A DNA stretch of 63,544 bases, filler included, from Craspedostauros australis (Eukaryota), in NCBI GenBank assembly GCA_030167865.1. It is 16 parts of 16 records of this genome, joined end to end, with 100 filler letters (N's around TTAATTAATTAA, not from the genome) between each part and the next. Parts side by side here need not be neighbours in the genome. Positions count along the whole stretch, not along the records: positions 1 to 5,667 come from JALAGF010002488.1; positions 5,768 to 16,663 come from JALAGF010002489.1; 14 more parts are not named here. One strand, 5' to 3'. The stretch's first letter is position 1. Each line of letters starts with the position of its first letter. Both the position numbers and the translations under genes were made by a program. The notes beneath the pieces were generated by a model that was given only the letters and a program-made list of their open reading frames with translations, was not told where the DNA came from and ran no database searches. Below are positions 1 to 11,104 of this stretch, piece after piece.

Positions 1-2072
1 GGTTGATCCAGCCCAGCTCCGCGTCCTGTTTGTTGCATGTGGATTGCGTGCAGGCTGTGGGCGTGTTCTGTCGCACAATGGTGGACGAACCCGGTATCGA
101 GGCAATGCCGAATCGCTCCGTATCCTCGAGGATGTCCGTGGGATATTGGTCTGTGATGGTCATGCCACACGTGCCATCGAGCAGCGCCATCACATTGAGA
201 TCGGCTGCGGTGGATGTGAGTTCATGCGGATGGCCGTACATGTGCTGCCCTTCCATCCATTCCAGCACCTTCGGCACAGCTTCTCGCAGCTGTATGGGCG
301 ACAGCGACTTGTCGGAAATGAGGAGCGCCTTGACCGCGTCGTCCAATGTGCTGTTGTCGAGTGCAGAGCTGCCGTCCGGATTGTCGTCGAGCTGCAACCA
401 GTAGGCTGCGTCTGCTCGAGATTGCTGATCCGCGCCTGCAGTCGCATCCGAAACGGTCTGCGTCAACGACGTGAGCATCATGATGGAGAGGTAGGAGTCA
501 TCTGAGAGCCGTCCCAAACAGCTTCCGAACGCCGGCGGTGAATGCAAGGCTTCCACAACGGTGTTGTATTCCTCCCACGTTCTAGGAGGCTGGTCGATGC
601 CTTTCTGCTGGAACCAATCCTTGCGATAGATGAGGACGAATTGGGAACCGCCGAGCAGGGGGACTGCGTAATTGTGCTGGTCGTACTTGGAGGCATGGTT
701 CTGGTAGTAGGGCAAGAGGTTGTCGAGGAAGAATGGTTCCTCCGCCTTGTCGTCGTTGTTGCTGTTGTTGCTGCTGCTACTATCGCTGCTATCATTCTGA
801 TGCTGATGCTGGATGGAATGGTGGAGGGTGCGGAGGTTCTGGATGGGAGCATTCTGCGCCAGCGTTCCTGTCAGGAATCGAGGGTGCGACTATGTCGTAA
901 TACCCTATATTGCCGCACCTCCATATTCCCAAAAATAGACCGACCAATAAACCAAAGTCGGACACACTCCCAAATCAATTGTGAACCTTCCTCCTCTGTG
1001 TGTCAAGAATATGACGGACAACGGACATACTATTGGTGTGACATGTTTGAGATGATTGACGAACCAACATGGCGAACGATGGATGCAATAGGGAGACTGG
1101 AACACCGAAGTGTTCCAAGAACGATGGTTGACTGGTTGAACCAAACATCTATGCGAATACGCTATCAATGTTGTGTCACTCAGAACCCAGAACATGATTA
1201 TGTGACTGACAGAGAACCGACAAAGGAGAACAAAGCGCGGACTGGAACATCATCGAAGCACTGGACTGATCGTGCCAGAACTCCATGTTCTGAACCAAGT
1301 GTGGCCTCCAGTGAACATGTGAGAAGAGTGAGTGAACAACACGGAAGAGCGCACTGAATGAGTGATGGATGCCTGATCGGAAGAGAGTGAATCCAGCATC
1401 GATATGCATGCACTGCAGGAGTGTAGGAGGAAACCTCAATGGATGAGCATGATGAAATGCACCTATAATGAGAAATTAGATGTGAATGATAGAGGAGGTT
1501 TGCTATGATGAATGCAGGAGCAACTACAGGGTGCCACCAGCATCATCGTGGGCAAGCGACTTGAGGAAACGAGAAATGAAGTTGTTGTTCTCACAGTTCT
1601 AAAATGGTTCAGTTTAATTAGCATTAGACTATACTATAACCCCGGATTTCCAACACGTTCCCATCGAATTGGTTGGCATGATGAAGGCGTCGTACATCAA
1701 TGATTGGTCGTAGCTCTGGCATTGCTGATGCCTGCTGAGCTCCAGCTCGAGCATCTGGATGGTGGGGAAGGAGATGAATTCGATGGTCGGTGGCTTCGTG
1801 GGCATCGATGAAGCTGCTGCTGTTTGGTTGTTGTACAGCTCCACGTAGGGATGCAGAGTGGCTTACGTGGCACGCCAGGTCATGATGCGGATGGTGGTTG
1901 GAGCTTGGAGCACCTTGTCCTGCTGGGATACTGTATCCACACCATTCGATCCATCGTTGCCGCCGCCAGTGCTGCTGTTGCCACCAGCGTGGTTCTCGTT
2001 GGTCGGAGCGTAGTCCGACATGTTGATTGCTGTTGTGTGTATCGTATCGAGGCTGTGTCTGTTGTTGTACAT
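1..2072 (-). pseudogene. Extracellular solute-binding-domain protein, copy A; 3' part runs off the contig; disrupted by an insertion at 869-1655 and an in-frame TAA at 1863-1865
   Basis: The minus frame reads YAVPLLGGSQFVLIYRKDWFQQKGIDQPPRTWEEY...FGSCLGRLSDDSYLS, resembling the 'YRKD...PxTWEE' motif of family 1 solute-binding domains. The frame is open from 868 to the contig start. Confidence 0.6.
869..1655. mobile_element. 787-bp non-coding TGT...ACA element (solo LTR or non-autonomous transposon) with a 6-bp target site duplication CGTTCC
   Basis: CGTTCC at 863-868 and 1656-1661. The homologous site in the second contig (about 6623-6628) has a single CGTTCC and no insert. Imperfect terminal inverted repeat TGTCAGGAATC / GATTTCCAACA. 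Confidence 0.92.
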
Positions 2073-2358
2073 GAGTGTGTGTAGTAGTATGTGCCGTCTA
2101 CTCAAGCTTGTTTTGTAGTTGCTGTGTTGCCTTGTTGCCTTGTTGCCTTGTTGTCTTCCTTGCTTTGCTGACTTCGCGTTGCTGTGTCGACCAAAGCAAA
2201 GCTCAAGGAAGAATGCATGTACTTGATGAACCTCAAAGGAAGGATGTGCTGTGTTCCGTACTTGAGTTGACAGAGATGTTGTCCTGCTGGCTCAAAGAGA
2301 GAGAGAGAGAGAGAGGTTGGTGAAGGTGTGTTGAGATAGAGATGGGCTTGTGCTTTCT

Positions 2359-2963
2359 TGTTGAAAATCCGGGGTGATGATGATAGTAGAAAGCTAATCA
2401 TTTGTTAGAATCTACTTCTCTGAACTGTGAGCTCTTCATTGCTCTCAACTTCCAAAGTTCAATCTCCTTCTGAGGCCTCCATGGGTTCATCTGCTGGTCT
2501 AGCATGCATTCATCTTGCATTCATCATAAATTCATCATGGACACACATGCACCACCAAGTTCCCCATGTCTATGCACTCATCACGTTGTCTTGCCTCTGA
2601 TAGTTTTGTTGGCTTAAACATTGCTGAATCACAGGCATCACTTGGCTAATTCCATTCGATTGGATTGCAGTCTGCCATGCTTCACTAGAACAGCTTGGAT
2701 GATTGCTTTCCAAGCTTCTCATCATGGACATCTCCGATCCTCTCCGATACCTCTCCGATACTTCTCCAATACCTCACCAGTGCTTCACTGATGCTTCACC
2801 AGTCCTTCACTGGTTCGTCATCAGTGATTCGTTCACAGGCCATCACACACTTCGTGACATTGGCATGTCTCGAATACTCTTTTCTTATTCATTGTGACAT
2901 GGGGCCATAGTCGCGTGTATTGTGATGCTGGTCACGAATCCAGTATCACCGCCCCCTGTGACA
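2359..2963. mobile_element. Diverged relative of the TGT...ACA element, in the opposite orientation
   Basis: Begins TGTTGAAAATCCGGGGT...GAACTGTGAG, the reverse complement of the conserved CTCACAGTTC...CCCCGGATTTCCAACA end. Probable other end CCCCCTGTGACA. No TSD seen; CA/TG-rich. Confidence 0.65.
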
Positions 2964-3324
2964 TACACATATGATTTCCATTCCTGCATTGAAGTCACGG
3001 ACGTCACGGTCAGGTTCGCATTCGGCACATGGCGTTCTCTTCCTCGAAACGCGTGCGGCTCACATGTTTGCTCTCACAAAGATCCAAAGTAGGGAGGGGG
3101 GTGCGGTAATATGTCGTTTCACGACGCTCGACTCCCTACTTTTGGGAGGTGCGGCAATGCGGTATTTCAGAACACCCGATTCCTGACACCTTCTCCCCTC
3201 TCCTTGTCCTTCTTCCGTTGCCACCAACTCCCAAGACGAGATCACCCAACACAACACACAGCCGCTGCGCCGTTCTGGCGAAAGAAAAGGCGATGCTCCC
3301 ACCACAAACAACAGCAGCAACAAC

Positions 3325-5180
3325 ATGGCACCGTTTCGAAGAGGAAGGAGCGCAGCACCGTCGGACGCATCCGAGTCGTCATCGTCGGCGGCGACGCCGT
3401 CCCCGTCCCCACAGAAGGGACGCATGCAGTCCGCATGGGACAGACGCCAAAGACGGAAGGCGAAGAAGTCAACCTCCCCCTCAGCATCCGTGTCACCAGA
3501 TTCCAACGCGCCCAAATCGAGACGAAAAGTCAAGCTTCCGGATGATGAATGCGATCCGTACGATTCCGATCCAGGCGAGTCCTACCGCGATCACTGCATG
3601 CGAGTCAAAGGCTTCAACACGAGGAGCTGCGTCGTCATGCCCAAGTTCCTCAGAGGCGCCAACACCACCAGCAGCAGCAAGGGAGGGGAAAGCGACACGG
3701 AGGCCACGACCCCACCATCGCCGCTGGCATCAGAAGCGGGCGATTTCATGGGAAGCACGCCGGCTGCGCTCGCCAGGGACATCACCAGAGTATGCTAATC
3801 GTTGAGAACATCGATCGGGGATGGCTCCGAGAAGTAGCCTGAGGGGCCCACGGTCTTGGAACGCCGCCAGCTGCGGCCCAACAACATTCATATCAACGTC
3901 AGTCACTGGAGTGACACGGGCTGCAGGAATTACATGGAAGACAGGTGAGTGTATGCGTGTGCCACGTGCAACGTGCAATGTACCCATACGTACATACATA
4001 TCCCGTTTCATATCTCTGCTGCCCAAGCGAAACCAATGTCAAACCAAGGTCGCTCTGGTTTAATCCCTCGTTGAATCAATCACTTGCTCTACTCTGCGTA
4101 CTCTGCCCGTCAACGATCATCTCACATGAACCATCCATCTACTCTTTTCTCCGCTCCACTCCACTCTGTCGGATTTTCTGCTCCAATCAACCATCACTGC
4201 GTCACTACACGATGATGCTACACAACGCCATGCGATACCACACAACACCCATTCAACTCGTACACACTATACTCTACGCAGATATTCAATTGAGGACATG
4301 GGCGCTGTGCAGGTAGAGATCAGTCCTGTGGCTGTGCGCAACCCAACGGAGGCCGACGCAGGGGTGGAGGTCACCTTTGGCAACCGCAAGAACAGACGTC
4401 TCAAGATGCCGCTCACATGGGTCGGTGTCTACGATGGTCACGGGGGAGAGAAGGCGAGCCAGTACTGCGCGGACTGGCTGTCATCGTACGTGCGCAACGA
4501 GGAGGCGTATCCCTTCGATCTGGGCTACGCCATGAAGAATGCATTCAACGCCATTGACGAAGACTTTGTCGCCACCGGCAATCCAGACGGCTCAACGTCG
4601 TGCGCCGTCACATTGGTGGGAGGCAGACGGATCGTGTGCGCCAACGCGGGAGATTCCAGAGCCATCGTGGTGCGACGGGACGGAACCGTGGTCAGGCTCA
4701 GCCGAGATCACAAGCCCGGAATGCCAGACGAGACGAGGAGAATATCAGACCTGGGCGGTCGCGTCATCTATTGGGGTCGATGGCGCGTCGAGGGATTGCT
4801 GGCCGTGTCACGCAGCGTTGGCGATGCCTCGCTCAAACCCTACGTCACGGCAGAGCCAGAGGTCTGCGAGTACGACATCGGAAAGGATGATTGGTTCCTC
4901 ATATTATCATCAGATGGTATCTGGGATGTCATGGACAACGAAGAGGCGGCGCATGTCGTCATCGCATCATCGTGCGTCATGGAGGACGGCAAGCTGCAGA
5001 TCGACACCAACCGGTTCAAGTGGGCAGCCAGAAATCTTTGTGAACATGCCAAGTAAGTCCATCAATCTCTCGCAAGCTATGCGCAACAAACACAGCACTA
5101 CCCCGCATTTCAACTTGATTCGACTCATCTCACACCCCTCGCCTTTCCATTCATTCTTGCGCTACTTCCATCACCCTTCC

Positions 5181-5211
<31 letters not shown>

Positions 5212-5316
5212 CGACAACACAGATCCTGCGGTTCAACAGACAACTTCTCTGTCATTGTGGTGGACCTCAAGAGCTGCGGTAACCCAGCCGCAAGATCTGG
5301 ACGATACGAACCATGA
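3325..5316 (+). CDS. PP2C/PPM family protein phosphatase with a low-complexity N-terminus. Proposed exons 3325-3789, 3838-3944, 4282-5052, 5223-5316; the first junction is uncertain
   Basis: Motifs GCRNYMEDR, VYDGHGG, ANAGDSR, DHKP, LAVSRSVGD, SSDGIWD and GSTDNFSVIVV. GTGAGT..CAG and GTAAGT..CAG introns restore the frame. Confidence 0.9.
5181..5220 (+). repeat. (ACA)n microsatellite in the PP2C intron
   Basis: Run of ACA triplets just before the splice acceptor. Confidence 0.95.
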
Positions 5317-5767
5317 TGCTCGTAGAGTCGAGGAGAGGAGAGCATTCTCAAGACCTCCCACAAGCACCAGTGCGAGCACGCCAAGCCGTCACCCATACGC
5401 TGTCGTCCACGATTTTCATGACCATCATAACACTCGATGCTGTGATACTCCATGCACACCCGCTTGGCGTTCCATCACACGCATACTTTCGTAAAGTGTC
5501 AGTGCGTATCTACGTATCTACAAGGAGCACCAGAGAACGAGGATGAGTGCACACGATCATGCCATACTTAGAGCTCAGAGCGTGGTCCTTTCACAAACAT
5601 GGGAACAGTACTGCAAAATCTCAATACAAACCTGGTGTGCAGCCAACGAGGCACGTTGCAGCGCAACNNNNNNNNNNNNNNNNNNNNNNNNNNNNNNNNN
5701 NNNNNNNNNNNTTAATTAATTAANNNNNNNNNNNNNNNNNNNNNNNNNNNNNNNNNNNNNNNNNNNN

Positions 5768-7051
5768 GGTTGATCCAGCCCAGCTCCGCGTCCTGTTTGT
5801 TGCATGTGGATTGCGTGCAGGCTGTGGGCGTGTTCTGTCGCACAATGGTGGACGAACCCGGTATCGAGGCAATGCCGAATCGCTCCGTATCCTCGAGGAT
5901 GTCCGTGGGATATTGGTCTGTGATGGTCATGCCACACGTGCCATCGAGCAGCGCCATCACATTGAGATCGGCTGCGGTGGATGTGAGTTCATGCGGATGG
6001 CCGTACATGTGCTGCCCTTCCATCCATTCCAGCACCTTCGGCACAGCTTCTCGCAGCTGTATGGGCGACAGCGACTTGTCGGAAATGAGGAGCGCCTTGA
6101 CCGCGTCGTCCAATGTGCTGTTGTCGAGTGCAGAGCTGCCGTCCGGATTGTCGTCGAGCTGCAACCAGTAGGCTGCGTCTGCTCGAGATTGCTGATCCGC
6201 GCCTGCAGTCGCATCCGAAACGGTCTGCGTCAACGACGTGAGCATCATGATGGAGAGGTAGGAGTCATCGGAGAGGCGTCCCAAACAGATCCAAACGCCG
6301 GTGGTGAATGCAAGGCTTCCACAACGGTGTTGTATTCCTCCCACGTTCTGGGCGGCTGGTCGATGCCTTTCTGTTGGAACCAATCCTTGCGATAGATGAG
6401 GACGAATTGGGAACCGCCGAGCAGGGGGACTGCGTAATTGTGCTGGTCGTGCTTGGAGGCATGGTTCTGGTAGTAGGGCAAGAGGTTGTCGAGGAAGAAT
6501 GGTTCCTCCGCCTTGTCGTCGTTGTTGCTGTTGTTGTTGCTGCTACTATCGCTGCTATCATTCTGGTGCTGGATGGAATGGTGGAGGTTGCGAAGGTTCT
6601 GGATGGGAGCATTCTGCGCCAGCGTTCCCATCGAATTGGTTGGCATGATGAGGGCGTCGTAGATCGATGATTGGTCGTAGCTCTGGCGTTGCTGATGCCT
6701 GCTGAGCTCCAGCTCGAGTATCTGGGTGTTGGGGAAGGAGATGAATTCGATGGTCGGTGGCTTCGTGGGCATCGACGCCGATGAAACTGCTGCTGCTGCT
6801 GTTTGGTTGTTGTAGAGCTCCACGTAGGGTTGCGGAGTGGCTTACATGGCACGTCAGGCCATGATGCGGATGGTGGTTGGAGCTTGGGGCACCTTGTCCT
6901 GCTGGGATACTGTATCCACACCATTCGATCCATCGTTGCCACCGCCAGTGCTGCTGTTGCCACCAGTGTTGTTCTTGTTGGTCGGAGCGCAGTCCGACAT
7001 GTTGATTGCTGTTGTGTGTATCGTATCGAGGCTGTGTCTGTTGTTGTACAT
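5768..7051 (-). pseudogene. Extracellular solute-binding-domain protein, copy B; 1-bp frameshift near 6290, TAA at 6842-6844 and TGA at 6854-6856
   Basis: Aligns with 1-2110. GGA-AGC-TGT of copy A is one base shorter here, which splits the frame into ORFs 6245-6823 and 5712-6383. Confidence 0.6.
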
Positions 7052-8213
7052 GAGTGTGTGTAGTAGTATGTGTTGTCTACTCAAGCTTGTTTCGCAATTG
7101 CTTTGTTGTGTTTGTGTTGGAGCAAATGCTCAAATTGTGAGGACAGATGGCGCGAAACCACAGAAAGCCAATGACGTCATTCGCCGATGCTTCTCGAGAT
7201 GTGATCGATTGGTAGAGAGAGGCGCAGTTGGATGCACCAGCTGCCTGAATTCGATTGCCAACTTTCTGCGATCTTCTTCCGCGGCGACCGTTGACGCCAC
7301 TACGACGAGCTGAAGTGACGCGAGCTGTGTTGATGGTGTCCGATACAATGGGCTTCGATGGACTGCATTGCGAAACGAAAGAGACTATCCCAGAGGATGA
7401 ATGCCGCAGGTCATGGTGCAAGTTGGCCAAATCCCGTTGATATAGAGTATAGAGGACTCTGATCATATAATATCATCTAATAGTCGCCATAAAGTAAATT
7501 CAGAGAGGTATTGAAAAGACGAAGAGAACGGTTAGTGTGCTGATGTTAAGACTCCAATCGCGTGGTTGCCTGTTGACGCATCCAGCACGACCACCTCGAC
7601 GAACTCCAAGCGCTGAGCCCACGGGGCGACGGCACTTTGCGACGCTGACCATCGTGCCTTGCTTCGCAGCATTCAGCCATGCCTCCGGCACCTGAGGCCC
7701 CTCTCCCGTTCTGGATCGGCTTGCAGTTGTGTCCGCAAACCACCGATCCCGGGTGCGCGCGCTGAAGAAACCAGTTGAGATCGCTTGTGACGACCAGGGT
7801 CTCCATCAATGGCGATGGTCGTGCACCATCCTGGCCGTCCGGCGTTCGTAGCTGTGGGTGTCTCTTGCTCGTGGTGTGGTCATGGGGTACTCTCTTGCTC
7901 TTCTCGACGGAGAAGCACACACGAAGCGGTGCCATGGTAGCAAGAGGAACGAAAATGAGAGCCGGATGCGACCCGCGCGCGAAAGATACTCGTGATGCAT
8001 GAGTCCCGCGTGGATCACGACTTGCACCAACCAATGCGAACGCTATCGACCACCATACGAACTACTCGTACCATGTGCTTGATCCGCTCCGCTCCACCAT
8101 GACCATCTACAAGGTCGTTCATGTTGGTCTTGCCGCCATTAGAGTAGTGTTACTGTTATTGTTTGGAAGAGTGATGTTTGCATTTCCGTGAAACGAGCAA
8201 AACGCAGCGCCGC

Positions 8214-9803
8214 TCACTTCGTCCGACTGACGACCTTGTAGGCCAGATGGATGAGGGCATCGCGGTGCGGACCAGTATGCATGAGCAGGGCAGAATCCAT
8301 GGCGAGCTCGGCATGGACACGGGCCAGCTGCTTCGTGCGTTCGATGCCGTCGCTCTGGAAGACGAGCTCCGTGGCACGTTCCACGTCACCGGGCTGCTTG
8401 AATTTGCGGTCCATGAGCGAATTGAGCTCCGGGAATTGTTCGGCCGCGAAGAGGACGGGTCCGGTGGCCAGACCGGAGTTGAGATCGGACAAGGCCGGCT
8501 TGCCGAGGGTGGATATGCTGCCCTCGAAGTCGAGGACGTCATCGACGAGCTGGAAGGCCATGCCGACGAACTTCCCGTACTCGTAGGAGGCGGCGACCAG
8601 GTCGGTGGGGCAGTTGGCGAGGAGGGCGGCGCTTTTGCAGGAGTTGGCCATGAGGCTGCTGGTCTTGTAGTAGTTCTTACGCAGGTAGTAGTCGAGGCGT
8701 TCGTTCTTGCCTTCGTTGGAGGCGGTGCCGCGCATCTGCATGACTTCACCCCGCACGAGATGCTCGATGATGGTGGACATGGTCTCGACGACCTCGACGT
8801 TGCGCAGGCGGGCGAGGCCGATGGAGGCTCTGGCGAGGAGGTAGTCGCCTGCCAGGATGGCCATCTTGTTGCCAAAGATGGTGTGAACCGCGGGCTTGCC
8901 CCTGCGGGTGTCGGCCTCGTCAATGACATCGTCGTGGAACAACGAGGCCGTGTGGATCATTTCCGATATCTCCGCCAACCGTCTCTGGGCCTTTGGCAGA
9001 TCGTGCCTCTGCCATGACATGGGGTTGCTGAAGAGGGACGGTGATGAATCGGGATTGTGCTCCGCTTGGCTCATCGTTGTCGTCGTCGTTGTGTTCGTCG
9101 TATCTGTTGTTGCCGCGTGTCCATTGACGCCATTTAACGACTGATTCTGCTGCTGTTGTCGATGTTGCTGTTGTTCCTGCCGTTGCTGCTGCTCCTGGTC
9201 AAACCCGACTGCCTGCATGGTCTCGGCCAAAGCGCGCGACAACAGCATGACCATCATGGGACGCACCTTCTTACCCCCGTCCGCGCTTCCGAAGAAGTAC
9301 GAGGCCGCCTTGTTGAGCACCGGGTGGTCCGTGCCGAGGAGATCATTCCGTATGGATTCCGACAGCGAGTCAAGGTCATACTTTGTGAGCAGGAACGGAT
9401 CCGATTCGGCATTGGACGTGACGACGTCGGTTGGCAGATCCGGCCAGTACTGCGTGTCCCGGTCCAGGTGCCATTCATCCAATGCATCGTGGAAGTTGGA
9501 GATCTGATCGTCGACGCTGCCATCGGGGTTGCTGTTGCCATCGGCCCAGATTGCGCTGCCATTCTGCGAGGCGCGGTCCAGGAAGCTCGTCTTGACCTTG
9601 TCGCGGACCGATTCCGGGATGGGGATGTCAGCGAACACGGCAGATGACTTGTGTGCTGTTTGCACGAACGTCGCATTCAAGTGCGATGATCCTGATGACG
9701 ATGATGGGATCCAGCGCGCGCCGTTGGAAGCAATGCTGCCGATGACCTTGTGACAGGAACGTCTGATCCCATTGGTCGCTGCCGATGCAGCCACTGTCGA
9801 CAT
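8214..9803 (-). CDS. All-trans polyprenyl (solanesyl/decaprenyl, Coq1-like) diphosphate synthase, probably mitochondrial
   Basis: GGKKVRP, first Asp-rich motif HDDVID..RRG, second motif DDVLD, and YYKT. N-terminus is Ser/Arg/Ala-rich and poor in acidic residues. Confidence 0.93.
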   Translation of the reverse strand: MSTVAASAATNGIRRSCHKVIGSIASNGARWIPSSSSGSSHLNATFVQTAHKSSAVFADIPIPESVRDKVKTSFLDRASQNGSAIWADGNSNPDGSVDDQISNFHDALDEWHLDRDTQYWPDLPTDVVTSNAESDPFLLTKYDLDSLSESIRNDLLGTDHPVLNKAASYFFGSADGGKKVRPMMVMLLSRALAETMQAVGFDQEQQQRQEQQQHRQQQQNQSLNGVNGHAATTDTTNTTTTTTMSQAEHNPDSSPSLFSNPMSWQRHDLPKAQRRLAEISEMIHTASLFHDDVIDEADTRRGKPAVHTIFGNKMAILAGDYLLARASIGLARLRNVEVVETMSTIIEHLVRGEVMQMRGTASNEGKNERLDYYLRKNYYKTSSLMANSCKSAALLANCPTDLVAASYEYGKFVGMAFQLVDDVLDFEGSISTLGKPALSDLNSGLATGPVLFAAEQFPELNSLMDRKFKQPGDVERATELVFQSDGIERTKQLARVHAELAMDSALLMHTGPHRDALIHLAYKVVSRTK

Positions 9804-10759
9804 AGTGTGCAGTTGTGCGCGTTTATCAGATACGTTTCCCGGATGAAGCGTTCAGGATGGTACGAGTATTGCGGCTCTCTTTGGAATCGCAGCAGAAGTA
9901 GAGTACTTCTGCTTACTCCACTTGCTTACTCCTCCTGATTGCTACACTGGTGCTTGTATGAAATGTATCTAGTGTGGCAATGCGTCCCAATGTGTGCTGT
10001 GCGTGCTTGAAGTCAGATCAATGCTGGAGACGCAAAAGCGAAGCAACGGGGAATGGGGTTTGGAGAGTCGTTGGTGCAGCCGATGCCGATGTTCGTCTGA
10101 CTCTGCGCTCCTTCACCTCGTCTTCTTCCTTGATCCCTTGATTCCTTGCTTCGTTGCGTGCTGTGTCCAATGTCTCTCTCTCTCTCTCTCTCTCCCAATG
10201 CCGCCCACCCGTGTTCCATTCAACGCAACGTGCCTTTTAGGGAGAAACTTCGTTCTTGTGCTGCCTTGTATTGCAATACTTTGTGTGTGATTGTGGGGTT
10301 TGGCCAAGGAGCAAGCCACACCAAAGCCGCCACCACTTTCCCTTTGGATTCGTCGCCGCCAGAGAGCATGTCGCATGTTTCCACTTTCGTGATGAGTGCC
10401 GATCAGTTTCCACGCATCTTCTTCCACGACGCCTTTCGCTCGGCTCCTTCGTCATCTCCACCTCCAACCACCCAAAACTCTATTGTTTTCTGTGACCTCT
10501 TCGAATGAATGGAACGAAAATGACGTGTCGCGTCCACACAACAATACGTGATTGATCCATTCCCGTAAACAAAGAAGTATGAGGAACTAATGTTGATAAA
10601 TATGAATGAAGGAGCCGAAGATGATTTCATGGTTCGCTTTTTCCTCGGAAAATGAGAACGTATCTCAACAACGAGAACTCAGAAAGCGAACGCAATGAAA
10701 CCGAGCCGACATCCATCAAATCGTACACTGCCCTTGCTTCGGATGAGACAAGAATCGTG

Positions 10760-10860
10760 AGAGCGTCGCACAGGACATTGTGCAGAGCATCGCGGAGAAC
10801 ATTGTGCAGAGCATCGCAGAGAGCATCGCAGAGAGCATCACATAGACCATCGCGGAGAGG
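10760..10860. repeat. Degenerate 12-bp minisatellite (GAGCATCGCAGA-like) in a divergent intergenic region
   Basis: About 8 units alternating GAGCATCGC and ACATTGTGC variants. Confidence 0.8.
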
Positions 10861-11104
10861 TTTGTGGGGAGGTGACATGATGCGACGAGCGTGATTGATC
10901 TTGGACCATCCACATCTCTTTCGCCATCGCACAACTCGCACAATTCATGCAAACGAGCAAGTAAACGACTCCGCAGTGTGAGCAACGAAAGAGAGACAAG
11001 GGGAAAGCGAACAATCGGACGTCAACTACTCACGAATACGAATACGCTGTCGAAGCGTCATCCAACCATTCCATACTCCGCACTCTACATCAACCATCGG
11101 TGAA

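Noticed and set aside
1863..3837. In-frame TAA/TAG codons suggesting stop-to-Gln code reassignment
   Set aside because: Several genes here end at TAG (12452, 31686, 37599, 52878) and long ORFs use CAA/CAG with no internal TAR, so the standard code fits.
5668..5767. Recurrent N-TTAATTAATTAA-N motif (15 occurrences across the window)
   Set aside because: An artificial all-frame-stop linker joining contigs. It is not biological, and adjacency across it carries no information.
8156..9017. Long overlapping and antisense ORFs (also 12467-13408, 33065-33892, 53457-54623 and within the LINE)
   Set aside because: Shadow frames of GC3-rich real genes, with no motifs of their own.
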